Below are positions 41,901-54,779 of a stretch of DNA of 64,000 nucleotides, piece by piece. The position numbers and the translations under genes are program-made. Below the pieces are notes generated by a model that was not told where the DNA came from, ran no database searches, and worked only from the letters and a program-made list of their open reading frames with translations. Location: contig OZ024752.1 of the NCBI GenBank assembly GCA_964016885.1, positions 13,392,001 through 13,456,000 of the forward strand, written 5' to 3'. The first letter of the stretch is position 1, and every line of letters starts with the position of its first letter. This DNA is from Eledone cirrhosa (lineage: Eukaryota).

Positions 41901-44900
41901 CTGTGACAAATATTATATGGAGTGATCTTTGTAATACTGATCCATGACAAATATTAAAGGGAGTGATCTGTGTAATTCTGATCTGTGACAGATATTAAAG
42001 GGAGAGATCTGTGTAATACTGATCTGTGACAAATATTAAAGGGAGTGATCTGTGTAATACTGATCTGTGACAGATATTAAAGGGAGTGATCTGTGTAATA
42101 CTGATCTGTGACAGATATTAAAGGGAGTGATCTGTGTAATACTGATCTGTGACAAATATTAAAGGGAGTGATCCGTGTAATACTGATCTGTGATAGATAT
42201 TAAAGGGAGGGATCTGAGTAATACTGATCTGTGACAAATATTAAAGGGAGTGATCTGTGTAATACTGATCTGTGACAAATATTAAAGGGAGTAATCTGTG
42301 TAATACTGATCTGTGACAGATATTAAAGGGAGTGATCTGTGTAATACTGATCTGTGACAGATATTAAAGGGAGTGATCTGTGTAATACTGATCTGTGACA
42401 AATATTAAAGGGAGTAATCTGTGTAATACTGATCTGTGACAAATATTAAAGGGAGTGATCTGTGTAATACTGATCTGTGACAAATATTAAAGGCAGAGAT
42501 CTGTGTAATACTGATCTGTGACAAATATTATAGGGAGTGATCTGTGTAATACTGATCCGTGACAAATATTAAAGGGAGTGATCTGTGTAATACTGATCTG
42601 TGACAGATATTAAAGGGAGAGATCTGTGTAATACTGATATGTGACATATTAAAGGGAGTGATCTCTGTAATACTGATCTATGACAGATATTAAAGAGAGT
42701 GGTCTGTGTAATACTGATCTGTGAAAGATATTAAAGGGAGTGATCTGTGTAATACTGATATGTGGCAAATATTAAAGGGAGAGATCTGAGTAATACTGAT
42801 CTGTGACAAATATTAAAGGGAGTGATCTGTGTAATACTGATCTGTGACAGATATTAAAGGGAGAGATCTGTGTAATACTGATCTGTAACAGATATTAAAG
42901 GGTGGGATGTGTGCAATACTGATCTGTGACAAATATTAAAGGTTGTGATCTGTGTAATACTGATCTGTGACAAATATTAAAGGGAGAGTTCTGTGAAATA
43001 CTGATCTGTGACAGATATTAAAGAGAGTGATCTGTGTAATACTGATCTGTGACAGATATTAAAGGGAGTGATCTGTGTAATACTGATCTGTGACAGATAT
43101 TAAAGCGAGTGATCTGTGTAATACTGATCTGTGACAGATATTAAAGGGAGTGATCTGTGTAATACTGATCTGCGACAGATATTAAAGAGAGTGATCTGTG
43201 TAATACTGATCTGTGACAGATATTAAAGGGAGTGATCTGTGTAATACTGATATGTGACAAATATTAAAGGGAGAGATCTGTGTAATAGTGATCTAGGACA
43301 AATATTAAAGGGAGGGATCTGTGTAATACTGATCTGTGACAAATATTAAAGGGAGGGATCTGTGTAATACTGATCTGTGACACATATTAAAGGGAGGGAT
43401 CTGTGTAATACTGATCTGTGACATATATTAAAGGGAGTAATCTGTGTAATACTGATCTGTGACAGATATTAAAGGGAGTGATCTGTGTAATACTGATCCG
43501 TGACAGATATTAAAGGGAGTGATACGTGTAATACTGATCTGTGACAAATATTAAAGGGAGAGATCTGTGTAATACTGATCTATGACAGATATTAAAGGGA
43601 GTGATCTGTGTAATACTGATGTGTGACAAATATTAAAGAGGGAGATCTGTGTAATACTGATCTGTGACAAATATTAAAGGCTAGGGAGCTGTGTAATACT
43701 GATCTGTGACAGATATTAAAAGGAGTGATCTGTGTAATACTGATCTGTGACATATATTAAAGGGAGAGATCTGTGTAATACTGATCTGTGACAGATATTA
43801 AAGGGAGAGATCTGTGTAATACTGATCTGTGACAGATATTAAAGGGAGAGATCTGTGTAATACTGATCTGTGATGGATATTAAAGGGAGAGATCTGTGTA
43901 ATACTGATCTGTGACAAATATTAAAGGGAGTGATCTGTGTAATACTGATCTGTGACAAATATTAAAGGGAGAGTTCTGTGTAATACTGATCTGTGACAGA
44001 TATGAAAGGGAGGGATCTGAGTAATACTGATCTGTGACAAATATTAAAGGGAGTGATCTGGGTAATACTGATCTGTGACAAATATTACAGGGAGTGATCT
44101 GTGTAATATTGATCTGTGACAAATATTAAAGGCAGAGATCTATGTAATACTGATCTTTGACAAATATTAAAGGGAGTGATCTATGTAATACTGATCTGTG
44201 ACAAATATTAAAGGGAGTGATCTGAGTAATACTGATCTGTGACAAATATTAAAGGGAGTGATCTGTGTAATACTGATCTGTGACAGATATTAAAGGGAGA
44301 GATCTGTGTAATACTGATCTGTAACAGATATTAAAGGGAGGGATCTGTGTAATACTGATCTGTGACAAATATTAAAGGGAGTGATCTGTGTAATACTGAT
44401 CTGTGACAAATATTAAAGGGGGGGATCTGTGTAATACTGATCTGTGACAGACATTAAAGGGAGTAATCTGTGTACTACTGATCTGTGACAAATATTAAAG
44501 GGAGAGATCTGTGCAATACTGATCCGTGGCAAATATTAAAGGGAGAGATCTGTGTAATACTGATCTGTGACAAATATTAAAGGGAGGGATCTGTGTAATA
44601 CTGATCTGTGACAGATATTAAAGGGAGTGATCTGTGTAATACTGATCTGTGACATATTAAAGGGAGTGATCTCTGTAATACTGATCTGTGACAGATATTA
44701 AAGAGAGTGGTCTGTGTAATACTGATCTGTGAAAGATATTAAAGGGAGTGATCTGTGTAATACTGATATGTGGCAAATATTAAAGGGAGAGATCTGAGTA
44801 ATACTGATCTGTGACAAATATTAAAGGGAGTGATCTGTGTAATACTGATCTGTGACAGATATTAAAGGGAGAGATCTGTGTAATACTGATCTGTAACAGA

Positions 44901-47900
44901 TATTAAAGGGTGGGATGTGTGCAATACTGATCTGTGACAAATATTAAAGGTTGTGATCTGTGTAATACTGATCTGTGACAAATATTAAAGGGAGTGTTCT
45001 GTGAAATACTGATCTGTGACAGATATTAAAGAGAGTGATCTGTGTAATACTGATCTGTGACAGATATTAAAGGGAGTGATCTGTGTAATACTGATCTGTG
45101 ACAGATATTAAAGGGAGTGATCTGTGTAATACTGATCCGTGACAGATATTAAAGGGAGTGATCTGTGTAATACTGATCTGTGACAAATATTAAAGGGAGA
45201 GATCTGTGTAATACTGATCTGTGACAGATATTAAAGGGAGTGATCTGTGTAATACTGATATGTGACAAATATTAAAGAGGGAGATCTGTGTAATACTGAT
45301 CTGTGACAAATATTAAAGGCTAGGGAGCTGTGTAATACTGATCTGTGACAGATATTAAAAGGAGTGATCTGTGTAATACTGATCTGTGACATATATTAAA
45401 GGGAGAGATCTGTGTAATACTGATCTGTGACAGATATTAAAGGGAGAGATCTGTGTAATACTGATCTGTGACAGATATTAAAGGGAGAGATCTGTGTAAT
45501 ACTGATCTGTGATGGATATTAAAGGGAGTGATCTGTGTAATACTGATCTGTGACAAATATTAAAGGGAGTGATCTGTGTAATACTGATCTGTGACAAATA
45601 TTAAAGGGAGAGTTCTGTGTAATACTGATCTGTGACAGATATGAAAGGGAGGGATCTGAGTAATACTGATCTGTGACAAATATTAAAGGGAGTGATCTGG
45701 GTAATACTGATCTGTGACAAATATTACAGGGAGTGATCTGTGTAATATTGATCTGTGACAAATATTAAAGGCAGAGATCTATGTAATACTGATCTTTGAC
45801 AAATATTAAAGGGAGTGATCTGAGTAATACTGATCTGTGACAAATATTAAAGGGAGTGATCTGTGTAATACTGATCTGTGACAGATATTAAAGGGAGAGA
45901 TCTGTGTAATACTGATCTGTAACAGATATTAAAGGGAGGGATCTGTGTAATACTGATCTGTGACAAATATTAAAGGGAGTGATCTGTGTAATACTGATCT
46001 GTGACAAATATTAAAGGGGGGGATCTGTGTAATACTGATCTGTGACAGACATTAAAGGGAGTAATCTGTGTAATACTGATCTGTGACAAATATTAAAGGG
46101 AGAGATCTGTGCAATACTGATCCGTGGCAAATATTAAAGGGAGAGATCTGTGTAATACTGATCTGTGACAAATATTAAAGGGAGGGATCTGTGTAATACT
46201 GATCTGTGACAGATATTAAAGGGAGTGATCTGTGTAATACTGATCTGTGACAGATATTAAAGGGAGTGATCTGTGTAATACTGATCTGTGACAAATATTA
46301 AAGGGAGAGATCTGTGTAATACTGATCTGTGACAAATATTAAATGGAGAGATCTGTGTAATACTGATCTGTGACAGATATTAAAGGGAGTGATCTGTGTA
46401 ATACTGATATGTGACAAATATTAAAGGGGGGGATCTGTGTAATACTGATCTGTGACAAATATTAAAGGGAGGGAGCTGTGTAATACTGATCTGTGACATA
46501 TATTAAAGGGAGAGATCTGTGTAATACTGATCTGTGACAGATATTAAAGGGAGAGATCTGTGTAATACTGATCTGTGACAGATATTAAAGGGAGAGATCT
46601 GTGTAATACTGATCTGTGATAGATATTAAAGGGAGTGATCTGTGTAATACTGATCTGTGACATATATTAAAGGGAGAGATCTGTGTAATACTGATCTGTG
46701 ACAGATATTAAATGGAGAGATCTGTGTAATACTGATGAGTGACAAATATTAAAGGGAGTAATCTGTGTAATACTGATCTGAGACAGATATTAAAGGGAGT
46801 GATCTGTGTAATACTGATCTGTGACAAATATTAAAGGGAGTAATCTGTGTAATACTGATCTGTGACAAATATTAAAGGGAGTGATCCGTGTAATACTGAT
46901 CTGTGACAGATATTAAAGGGAGTGATCTGTGTAATACTGATCTGTGACAAATATTAAAGGGAGTAATCTGTGTAATACTGATATGTGACAAATATTAAAG
47001 GGAGTGTTCTGAGTAATACTGATCTGTGAAAAATATTAAAGGCAAAGATCTGTGTAATACTGATCTGTGACAAATATTATAGGGAGTGATCTGTGTAATA
47101 CTGATCCGTGACAAATATTAAAGGGAGTGATCTGTGTAATACTGATCTGTGACAGATATTAAAGGGAGTGATCCGTGTAATACTGATCTGTGACAGATAT
47201 TAAAGGGAGGGATCTGAGTAATACTGATTTGTGACAAATATGAAAGGGAGTGATCTGTGTAATACTGATGTATGACAGATATTAAAGGGGGTGATCTGTG
47301 TAATACTGATCTGTGACAGATATTAAAGGGAGAGATCTATGTAATGCTGATCTGTGACAAATATTAAAGGGAGTGATCTATGTAATACTGATCTGTGACA
47401 AATATTAAAGGGAGTGATCTGAGTAATACTGATCTGTGACAAATATTAAAGGGAGTGATCTGTGTAATACTGATCTGTGACAAATATTAAAGGGAGTGAT
47501 CTATGTAATACTGATCTGTGACGAATATTAAAGGGAGTGATCTGAGTAATACTGATCTGTGACAAATATTAAAGGAAGTGATCTGTGTAATACTGATCTG
47601 TGACAAATATTAAAGGCAGAGATCTATGTAATACTGATCTGTGACAAATATTAAAGGGAGTGATCTATGTAATACTGATCTGTGACAAATATTAAAGGGA
47701 GTGATCTGAGTAATACTGACCTGTGACAAATATGAAAGTGGGTGATCTGTGTAATACTGATCTGTGACAGATATTAAAGGGAGAGATCTGTGTAATACTG
47801 AACTGTAACAGATATTAAAGGGAGGGATCTGTGTAATACTGATCTGTGACAAATATTAAAGGGAGTAATCTGTGTAATACTGATCTGTAACAGATATTAA

Positions 47901-50900
47901 AGGGAGAGATCTGTGTAATACTGATCTGTGACAAATATTAAAGGGAGGGATCTGTGTAATACTGATCTGTGACAGATATTAAAGGCAGAGATCTCAGTAA
48001 TACTGATCTTTGACAGATATTAAAGGGAGGGATCTGTGTAATACTGATCTGTGACAAATATTAAAGGGAGTGATCGATCTAATACTGATCTGTGACAAAT
48101 ATTAAACGGGGGGATCTGTGTAATACTGATCTGTGACAAATATTAAAGGGAGTGATCTGTGTAATACTGATCTGTGACAGATATAAAAGGGAGTGATCTG
48201 TCTAATACTGATCTGTGACAAATATTAAAGGGAGTGATCTGTGTAATACTGATCTGTGACAAATATTAAAGAGAGTGATCTGTGTAATACTGATCTGTGA
48301 CAAATATTAAAGGGGGGGGGGATCTGTGTAATACTGATCTGTGACAAATATTAAAGGGAGTGATCTGTCTAATACTGATCTGTGACAAATATTAAAGGGA
48401 GTGATCTGTCTAATACTGTGACAAATATTAAAGGGAGTAATCTGTGTAATACTGATCTGTGACAAATATTAAAGGGAGTGATGTGTGTAATATTGATCTG
48501 CGATAAACATTAAAGGGAGTGATCTGTGTAATACTGATCTGTGACAAATATTAAAGGGAGGGATTTGTGTAATACTGATCTGTGACAGATATTAAAGGGA
48601 GTGATCTGTGTAATACTGATCTCTGACAAATATTAAAGGGAGTGATGTGTGTAATATTGATCTGCGATAAACATTAAAGGGAGTGATCTGTGTAATACTG
48701 ATCTGTGACAAATATTAAAGGGAGGGATTTGTGTAATACTGATCTGTGACAGATATTAAAGGGAGTGATCTGTGTAATACTGATCTGTGACAAATGTTAA
48801 AGGGAGTGATCTGAGTAATACTGACCTGTGACAAATATTAAAGTGGGTGATCTGTGTAATACTGATCTGTGACAGATATTAAAGGGAGAGATCTGTGTAA
48901 TACTGATCTGTAACAGATATTAAAGGGAGGGATCTGTGTAATACTGATCTGTGACAAATATTAAAGGGAGTAATCTGTGTAATACTGATCTGTAACAGAT
49001 ATTAAAGGGAGAGATCTGTGTAATACTGATCTGTGACAAATATTAAAGGGAGGGATCTGTGTAATACTGATCTGTGACAGATATTAAAGGGAGTGTTCTG
49101 AGTAATACTGATCTGTGAAAAATATTAAAGGCAAAGATCTGTGTAATACTGATCTGTGACAAATATTATAGGGAGTGATCTGTGTAATACTGATCCGTGA
49201 CAAATATTAAAGGGAGTGATCTGTGTAATACTGATCTGTGACAGATATTAAAGGGAGTGATCCGTGTAATACTGATCTGTGACAGATATTAAAGGGAGGG
49301 ATCTGAGTAATACTGATTTGTGACAAATATGAAAGGGAGTGATCTGTGTAATACTGATGTATGACAGATATTAAAGGGGGTGATCTGTGTAATACTGATC
49401 TGTGACAGATATTAAAGGGAGAGATCTATGTAATGCTGATCTGTGACAAATATTAAAGGGAGTGATCTATGTAATACTGATCTGTGACAAATATTAAAGG
49501 GAGTGATCTGAGTAATACTGATCTGTGACAAATATTAAAGGGAGTGATCTGTGTAATACTGATCTGTGACAAATATTAAAGGGAGTGATCTATGTAATAC
49601 TGATCTGTGACGAATATTAAAGGGAGTGATCTGAGTAATACTGATCTGTGACAAATATTAAAGGAAGTGATCTGTGTAATACTGATCTGTGACAAATATT
49701 AAAGGCAGAGATCTATGTAATACTGATCTGTGACAAATATTAAAGGGAGTGATCTATGTAATACTGATCTGTGACAAATATTAAAGGGAGTGATCTGAGT
49801 AATACTGACCTGTGACAAATATGAAAGTGGGTGATCTGTGTAATACTGATCTGTGACAGATATTAAAGGGAGAGATCTGTGTAATACTGAACTGTAACAG
49901 ATATTAAAGGGAGGGATCTGTGTAATACTGATCTGTGACAAATATTAAAGGGAGTAATCTGTGTAATACTGATCTGTAACAGATATTAAAGGGAGAGATC
50001 TGTGTAATACTGATCTGTGACAAATATTAAAGGGAGGGATCTGTGTAATACTGATCTGTGACAGATATTAAAGGCAGAGATCTCAGTAATACTGATCTTT
50101 GACAGATATTAAAGGGAGGGATCTGTGTAATACTGATCTGTGACAAATATTAAAGGGAGTGATCGATCTAATACTGATCTGTGACAAATATTAAACGGGG
50201 GGATCTGTGTAATACTGATCTGTGACAAATATTAAAGGGAGTGATCTGTGTAATACTGATCTGTGACAGATATAAAAGGGAGTGATCTGTCTAATACTGA
50301 TCTGTGACAAATATTAAAGGGAGTGATCTGTGTAATACTGATCTGTGACAAATATTAAAGAGAGTGATCTGTGTAATACTGATCTGTGACAAATATTAAA
50401 GGGGGGGGGGATCTGTGTAATACTGATCTGTGACAAATATTAAAGGGAGTGATCTGTCTAATACTGATCTGTGACAAATATTAAAGGGAGTGATCTGTCT
50501 AATACTGTGACAAATATTAAAGGGAGTAATCTGTGTAATACTGATCTGTGACAAATATTAAAGGGAGTGATGTGTGTAATATTGATCTGCGATAAACATT
50601 AAAGGGAGTGATCTGTGTAATACTGATCTGTGACAAATATTAAAGGGAGGGATTTGTGTAATACTGATCTGTGACAGATATTAAAGGGAGTGATCTGTGT
50701 AATACTGATCTCTGACAAATATTAAAGGGAGTGATGTGTGTAATATTGATCTGCGATAAACATTAAAGGGAGTGATCTGTGTAATACTGATCTGTGACAA
50801 ATATTAAAGGGAGGGATTTGTGTAATACTGATCTGTGACAGATATTAAAGGGAGTGATCTGTGTAATACTGATCTGTGACAAATGTTAAAGGGAGTGATC

Positions 50901-52066
50901 TGAGTAATACTGACCTGTGACAAATATTAAAGTGGGTGATCTGTGTAATACTGATCTGTGACAGATATTAAAGGGAGAGATCTGTGTAATACTGATCTGT
51001 AACAGATATTAAAGGGAGGGATCTGTGTAATACTGATCTGTGACAAATATTAAAGGGAGTAATCTGTGTAATACTGATCTGTAACAGATATTAAAGGGAG
51101 AGATCTGTGTAATACTGATCTGTGACAAATATTAAAGGGAGGGATCTGTGTAATACTGATCTGTGACAGATATTAAAGGCAGAGATCTCAGTAATACTGA
51201 TCTTTGACAGATATTAAAGGGAGGGATCTGTGTAATACTGATCTGTGACAAATATTAAAGGGAGAGATCTGCTTAATACTGATCTGTGACAAATATTAAA
51301 GGGAGTGATCTGTGTAATACTGATCTGTGACAGATATAAAAGGGAGTGATCTGTCTAATACTGATCTGTGACAAATATTAAAGGGAGTGATCTGTGTAAT
51401 ACTGATCTTTGACAGATATTAAAGGGGGGGGGGGGATCTGTGTAATACTGATCTGTGACAAATATTAAAGGGAGTGATCTGTCTAATACTGATCTGTGAC
51501 AAATATTAAAGGGAGTGATCTGTCTAATACTGATCTGTGACAAATATTAAAGGGAGGGATCTGTGTATTACTGATCTGTGACAGATATTAAAGGGAGGGA
51601 TCTGTGTATTACTGATCTGTGACAGACATTAAAGGGAGAGATCTCTGTAATACTGATCTGTGACAAATATTAAAGGGAGTGATGTGTGTAATATTGATCT
51701 GCGATAAACATTAAAGGGAGTGATCTGTGTAATACTGATCTGTGACAAATATTAAAGGGAGGGATTTGTGTAATACTGATCTGTGACAGATATTAAAGGG
51801 AGTGATCTGTGTAATACTGATCTGTGACAAATATTAAAGGGAGTGATCTGTGTAATACTGATCTGTGACAGATATTAAAGGGAGTGATCTGTGTAATACT
51901 GATCTGTGACAGATATTAAAGAGAGTGATCTGTGTAATACTGATCTGTGACAAATATTAAAGGGAGAGATCTGTGTAATACTGATCTGTGACATATATTA
52001 AAGGGAGGGATCTGTGTAATACTGATCTGTGACAGATATTAAAGAGAGAGATCTGTGTAATACTGA
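8921..52066. repeat. ~43-kb head-to-tail satellite array, 41-bp monomer, consensus ATATTAAAGGGAG(T/A/G)GATCTGTGTAATACTGATCTGTGACA(A/G); about 1,050 copies
   Basis: 41-bp period read directly (AATACTGAT at 8941 and 8982). Same orientation throughout; no transposon insertion seen. Copy number = length/41. Confidence 0.98.
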
Positions 52067-52092
52067 GAACTCAGAACGTGAGCTAATGTGAA

Positions 52093-52417
52093 CGTGTGTG
52101 TGTTAATGTGTGTGTGTATGTGTGTGTGTATGTGTGTGTTTGTGTGTGTGTTAATGTGTATGTGTGTGCGTGTGTGAGTAAGTTAATGTGTGTGTGTATA
52201 TGTGTGTGTATGTGTGTGTGTGTATGTGTGAGTTAATGTGTATATGTGTGTGTATGAGTGAGTTAATGTGTGTGTGTTTTTGTGTGTGTGTGAGTTAATG
52301 TGTATGTGTGTGTGCGTGTGTTAGTGAGTTAATGTGTGTGTGTATATGTCTGTATGTTTCTGTGTGTGTGCGTGTGTGAGTGAGTTAATGTGTACGTGTG
52401 TGTGTATGTGTGTGTTT
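52093..52417. repeat. (TG)n-rich compound repeat punctuated by GAGTTAAT
   Basis: Directly visible, starting ~25 bp after the satellite. Confidence 0.85.
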
Positions 52418-52629
52418 GCAAGCAAGCAAGGAATGATTTCAGTTTACGAAGTGAATGTGTGCAGATGTTAATGTAAATTATAATTTGAGATCACGAACTT
52501 CGAACTATCTATATTCTTATCTATATATATAATAGATATAATCATATGATATATATATATATATATTTCATATAATCTATATATTTATCTGTATATATAA
52601 TATATATAATCATATGATATATATATATA

Positions 52630-53222
52630 TCTTAATATAAAACTGAGGATGTCTGTCTGTGTGTGTGTGTGTGTGAGTTTGAATCCCTAAAACTAGAGAA
52701 CCACCCAACCGACTGTTTTCACACTTTACACATGTAATACTTATGTTTCAGGGAGTGTTCTCAGCAAAAAAGATTTCAAATTTTCAATGCTCTAGGGACC
52801 GCATTAGGCGATTTAGCGATCTCTCTCTATAATTCTTAGTCTTTCTCTTTTTAGATAGATACATACATATAACGTTGCGCCCTTATAATATCTGTCTGCA
52901 TGTCTGCTTGTCTGCATTACGTCACCAACAATTCGCTCTGCGTCCAGAAGCCGCCCTTATAATATCTGTCTGTATGTCTGGCTGTCTGCTGCCTCCGGTT
53001 ATTCTGCCACCCTTGCTCAAGACAAATCTCACACTCATTCCCCAAACAGTTGGTAAGTGCACACAACTTCTTCCTCACGTTTTAAGCCACAGTGTTGCTT
53101 ACTTACGTACCACCAGACCCTTACTTCTTTGCCAACTGTGGTTGTGGCAATACTAAGCTTAGCCAAGGCGGTTATATATTTCACAATACCTTATCCCGTT
53201 CAACGCCGGGTACCATTGCTAG
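52630..53222 (+). mobile_element. Non-autonomous Helitron-like element
   Basis: 5' A|TCTTAATATAAAA start with TGTC/TG repeats. 3' CCCG...CGGG hairpin (53195-53210) followed by CTAG|T (53219-53223). Inserted between A and T in a TA tract with no TSD. Confidence 0.65.
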
Positions 53223-53531
<309 letters not shown>

Positions 53532-53560
53532 CAAATTATCTATATGTTCATATGATATAG

Positions 53561-53940
53561 TTAAGGTATTTTGTCCACATAGGAGTGACGGAGTATATTT
53601 AGAAAAAGAAAATGCGAAGTAGTTTCAGATGTTAAAGTCCTTTAATTATAATGCTGTGATACATATTTCAATGATAACAGTGGCCACATGATTCCGTGTA
53701 CCCAGTTCCGTGACATCATCAGACAGCTTCTTACATAATAAGGTTACGTTCCCGAGGCAATCCAAATTGAATCGACAAGGGAACGGACAAAGCGGGTGTT
53801 CTTGAATCCTTCGTCCGTACCCTTGTGAGTCCCAACCCACCCCCACCGGATTGCGCAGGCGCAGGTCCGGAGGAAGTTGACCATCCACTACCCCAAAACT
53901 CTACGAAACTCGCCTAGACAGGCCCCCTGATACCCCAACG
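53561..53940 (-). mobile_element. Diverged solo copy of the hammerhead-bearing repeat that forms the arms of the 60506-61692 inverted repeat (Penelope pLTR/retrozyme-like)
   Basis: Shares CCACATAGGAGTGACGGAGTA, GCGAAGTAGTTTCAGATGTT, CATCAGACAGCTT, CCGAGGCAATCCAAATTG and GGAAGTTGACCAT with 60506-60845 and/or the reverse complement of 61111-61692. Confidence 0.75.
53653..53727 (-). ncRNA. Type I hammerhead ribozyme motif (helix II partly decayed)
   Basis: Minus strand: GCTGT-CTGATGA-(long helix II region)-GAAA-TATGTA-TC-ACAGC. Helix I GCUGU/ACAGC; cleavage triplet AUC. Confidence 0.65.
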
Positions 53941-54235
53941 AAACTATCACCCCACTTAGATAAATTCGATTAATTCACTATAAATAAATAATTAACGCTT
54001 TTAATACTAAACCTCCTGAAATATAAAACTGTTTATTTACAATGTTAGATTTTATCATTAATTTTTCAACTACAGATACAGTAATATGTTATATTCACTA
54101 CACCATCCACGAGGATCAAAGATGTTAATCTTATGCAAGAGATGTCAACACGAATGGACCTATTCTTTTTATTTAAAGACATTTTTTTCCAATCCCACCC
54201 CACCCGTCCCCTCAATCTATTTTAGTTCTCATTCT

Positions 54236-54273
54236 TTCTTCTGATGAAGGACTAGCGTCCGAAACGTTAACAC
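54236..54273 (+). ncRNA. Minimal hammerhead-like motif (helix I decayed)
   Basis: CTGATGA-A-GGAC-TAGC-GTCC-GAAACGTT: perfect 4-bp helix II and palindromic AACGTT helix III region. Helix I TTCTT/AACAC is imperfect here; the 5262-5374 copy has AAGAC. Confidence 0.55.
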
Positions 54274-54424
54274 CCTCTTCCTGATATATCAAGCGTTAAC
54301 CTAATATATTCCTTCCATATACTGTACCGATTGTGTTGTTATTTCTGTTTACCTTTTACATACATATATATATGTATATATACGATATATTAACAAATGG
54401 AAACTATATTTATAAAACCATATT

Positions 54425-54489
54425 TATTTCATTATACATATTTCAAGGACACCAATTCAAATTATGGTGCGCTTTCATCAGATAAAATA
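54425..54489 (-). ncRNA. Type I hammerhead ribozyme motif
   Basis: Minus strand: TATTTTAT-CTGATGA-AAG-C-GCACCA-(10-nt loop)-TGGTGT-C-CTT-GAAA-TATGTA-TA-ATGAAATA. 8-bp helix I with one G-U pair. Confidence 0.75.
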
Positions 54490-54598
54490 TAATAAATAAA
54501 TATTGACATACCCTTAAAGAATGCGACCATTTCTGTTGGAAGCTCCCGGATATATGTATATGTATAACTTGAGTGCTACTGGTAACATATAAATATAA

Positions 54599-54668
54599 AG
54601 GAAAATGTTCAAGACCCCGAAGGAAGAGGTCAAGCCGTTTCTGCCGTCGGGGTCTTGAACATTTTCCT
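54599..54668. repeat. Hairpin with a perfect 22-bp stem
   Basis: AGGAAAATGTTCAAGACCCCGA (54599-54620) is the reverse complement of TCGGGGTCTTGAACATTTTCCT (54647-54668). Confidence 0.9.
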
Positions 54669-54747
54669 ATTACCCACTCTACTACCCTAAGTATTAAGTA
54701 CTCTGGTGCGTCATGGTTCACCTGGTTCCTTACCACACTCTCTTCGT

Positions 54748-54779
<32 letters not shown>

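Noticed and set aside
13227-51543. Repetitive minus-strand ORFs (SQISITQITPFNICHRSVLHRSLPL...)
   Set aside because: Translations of the 41-bp satellite where a point variant removes a stop; stops otherwise recur every three monomers.
8921-52066. CRISPR array
   Set aside because: No unique spacers; the whole 41-mer repeats with point variants only. No cas genes; eukaryotic context.
8921-52066. Telomeric or subtelomeric origin from TTAAAGGG resembling TTAGGG
   Set aside because: Only one imperfect motif per 41 bp and no true TTAGGG tracts; chromosome position unknown.
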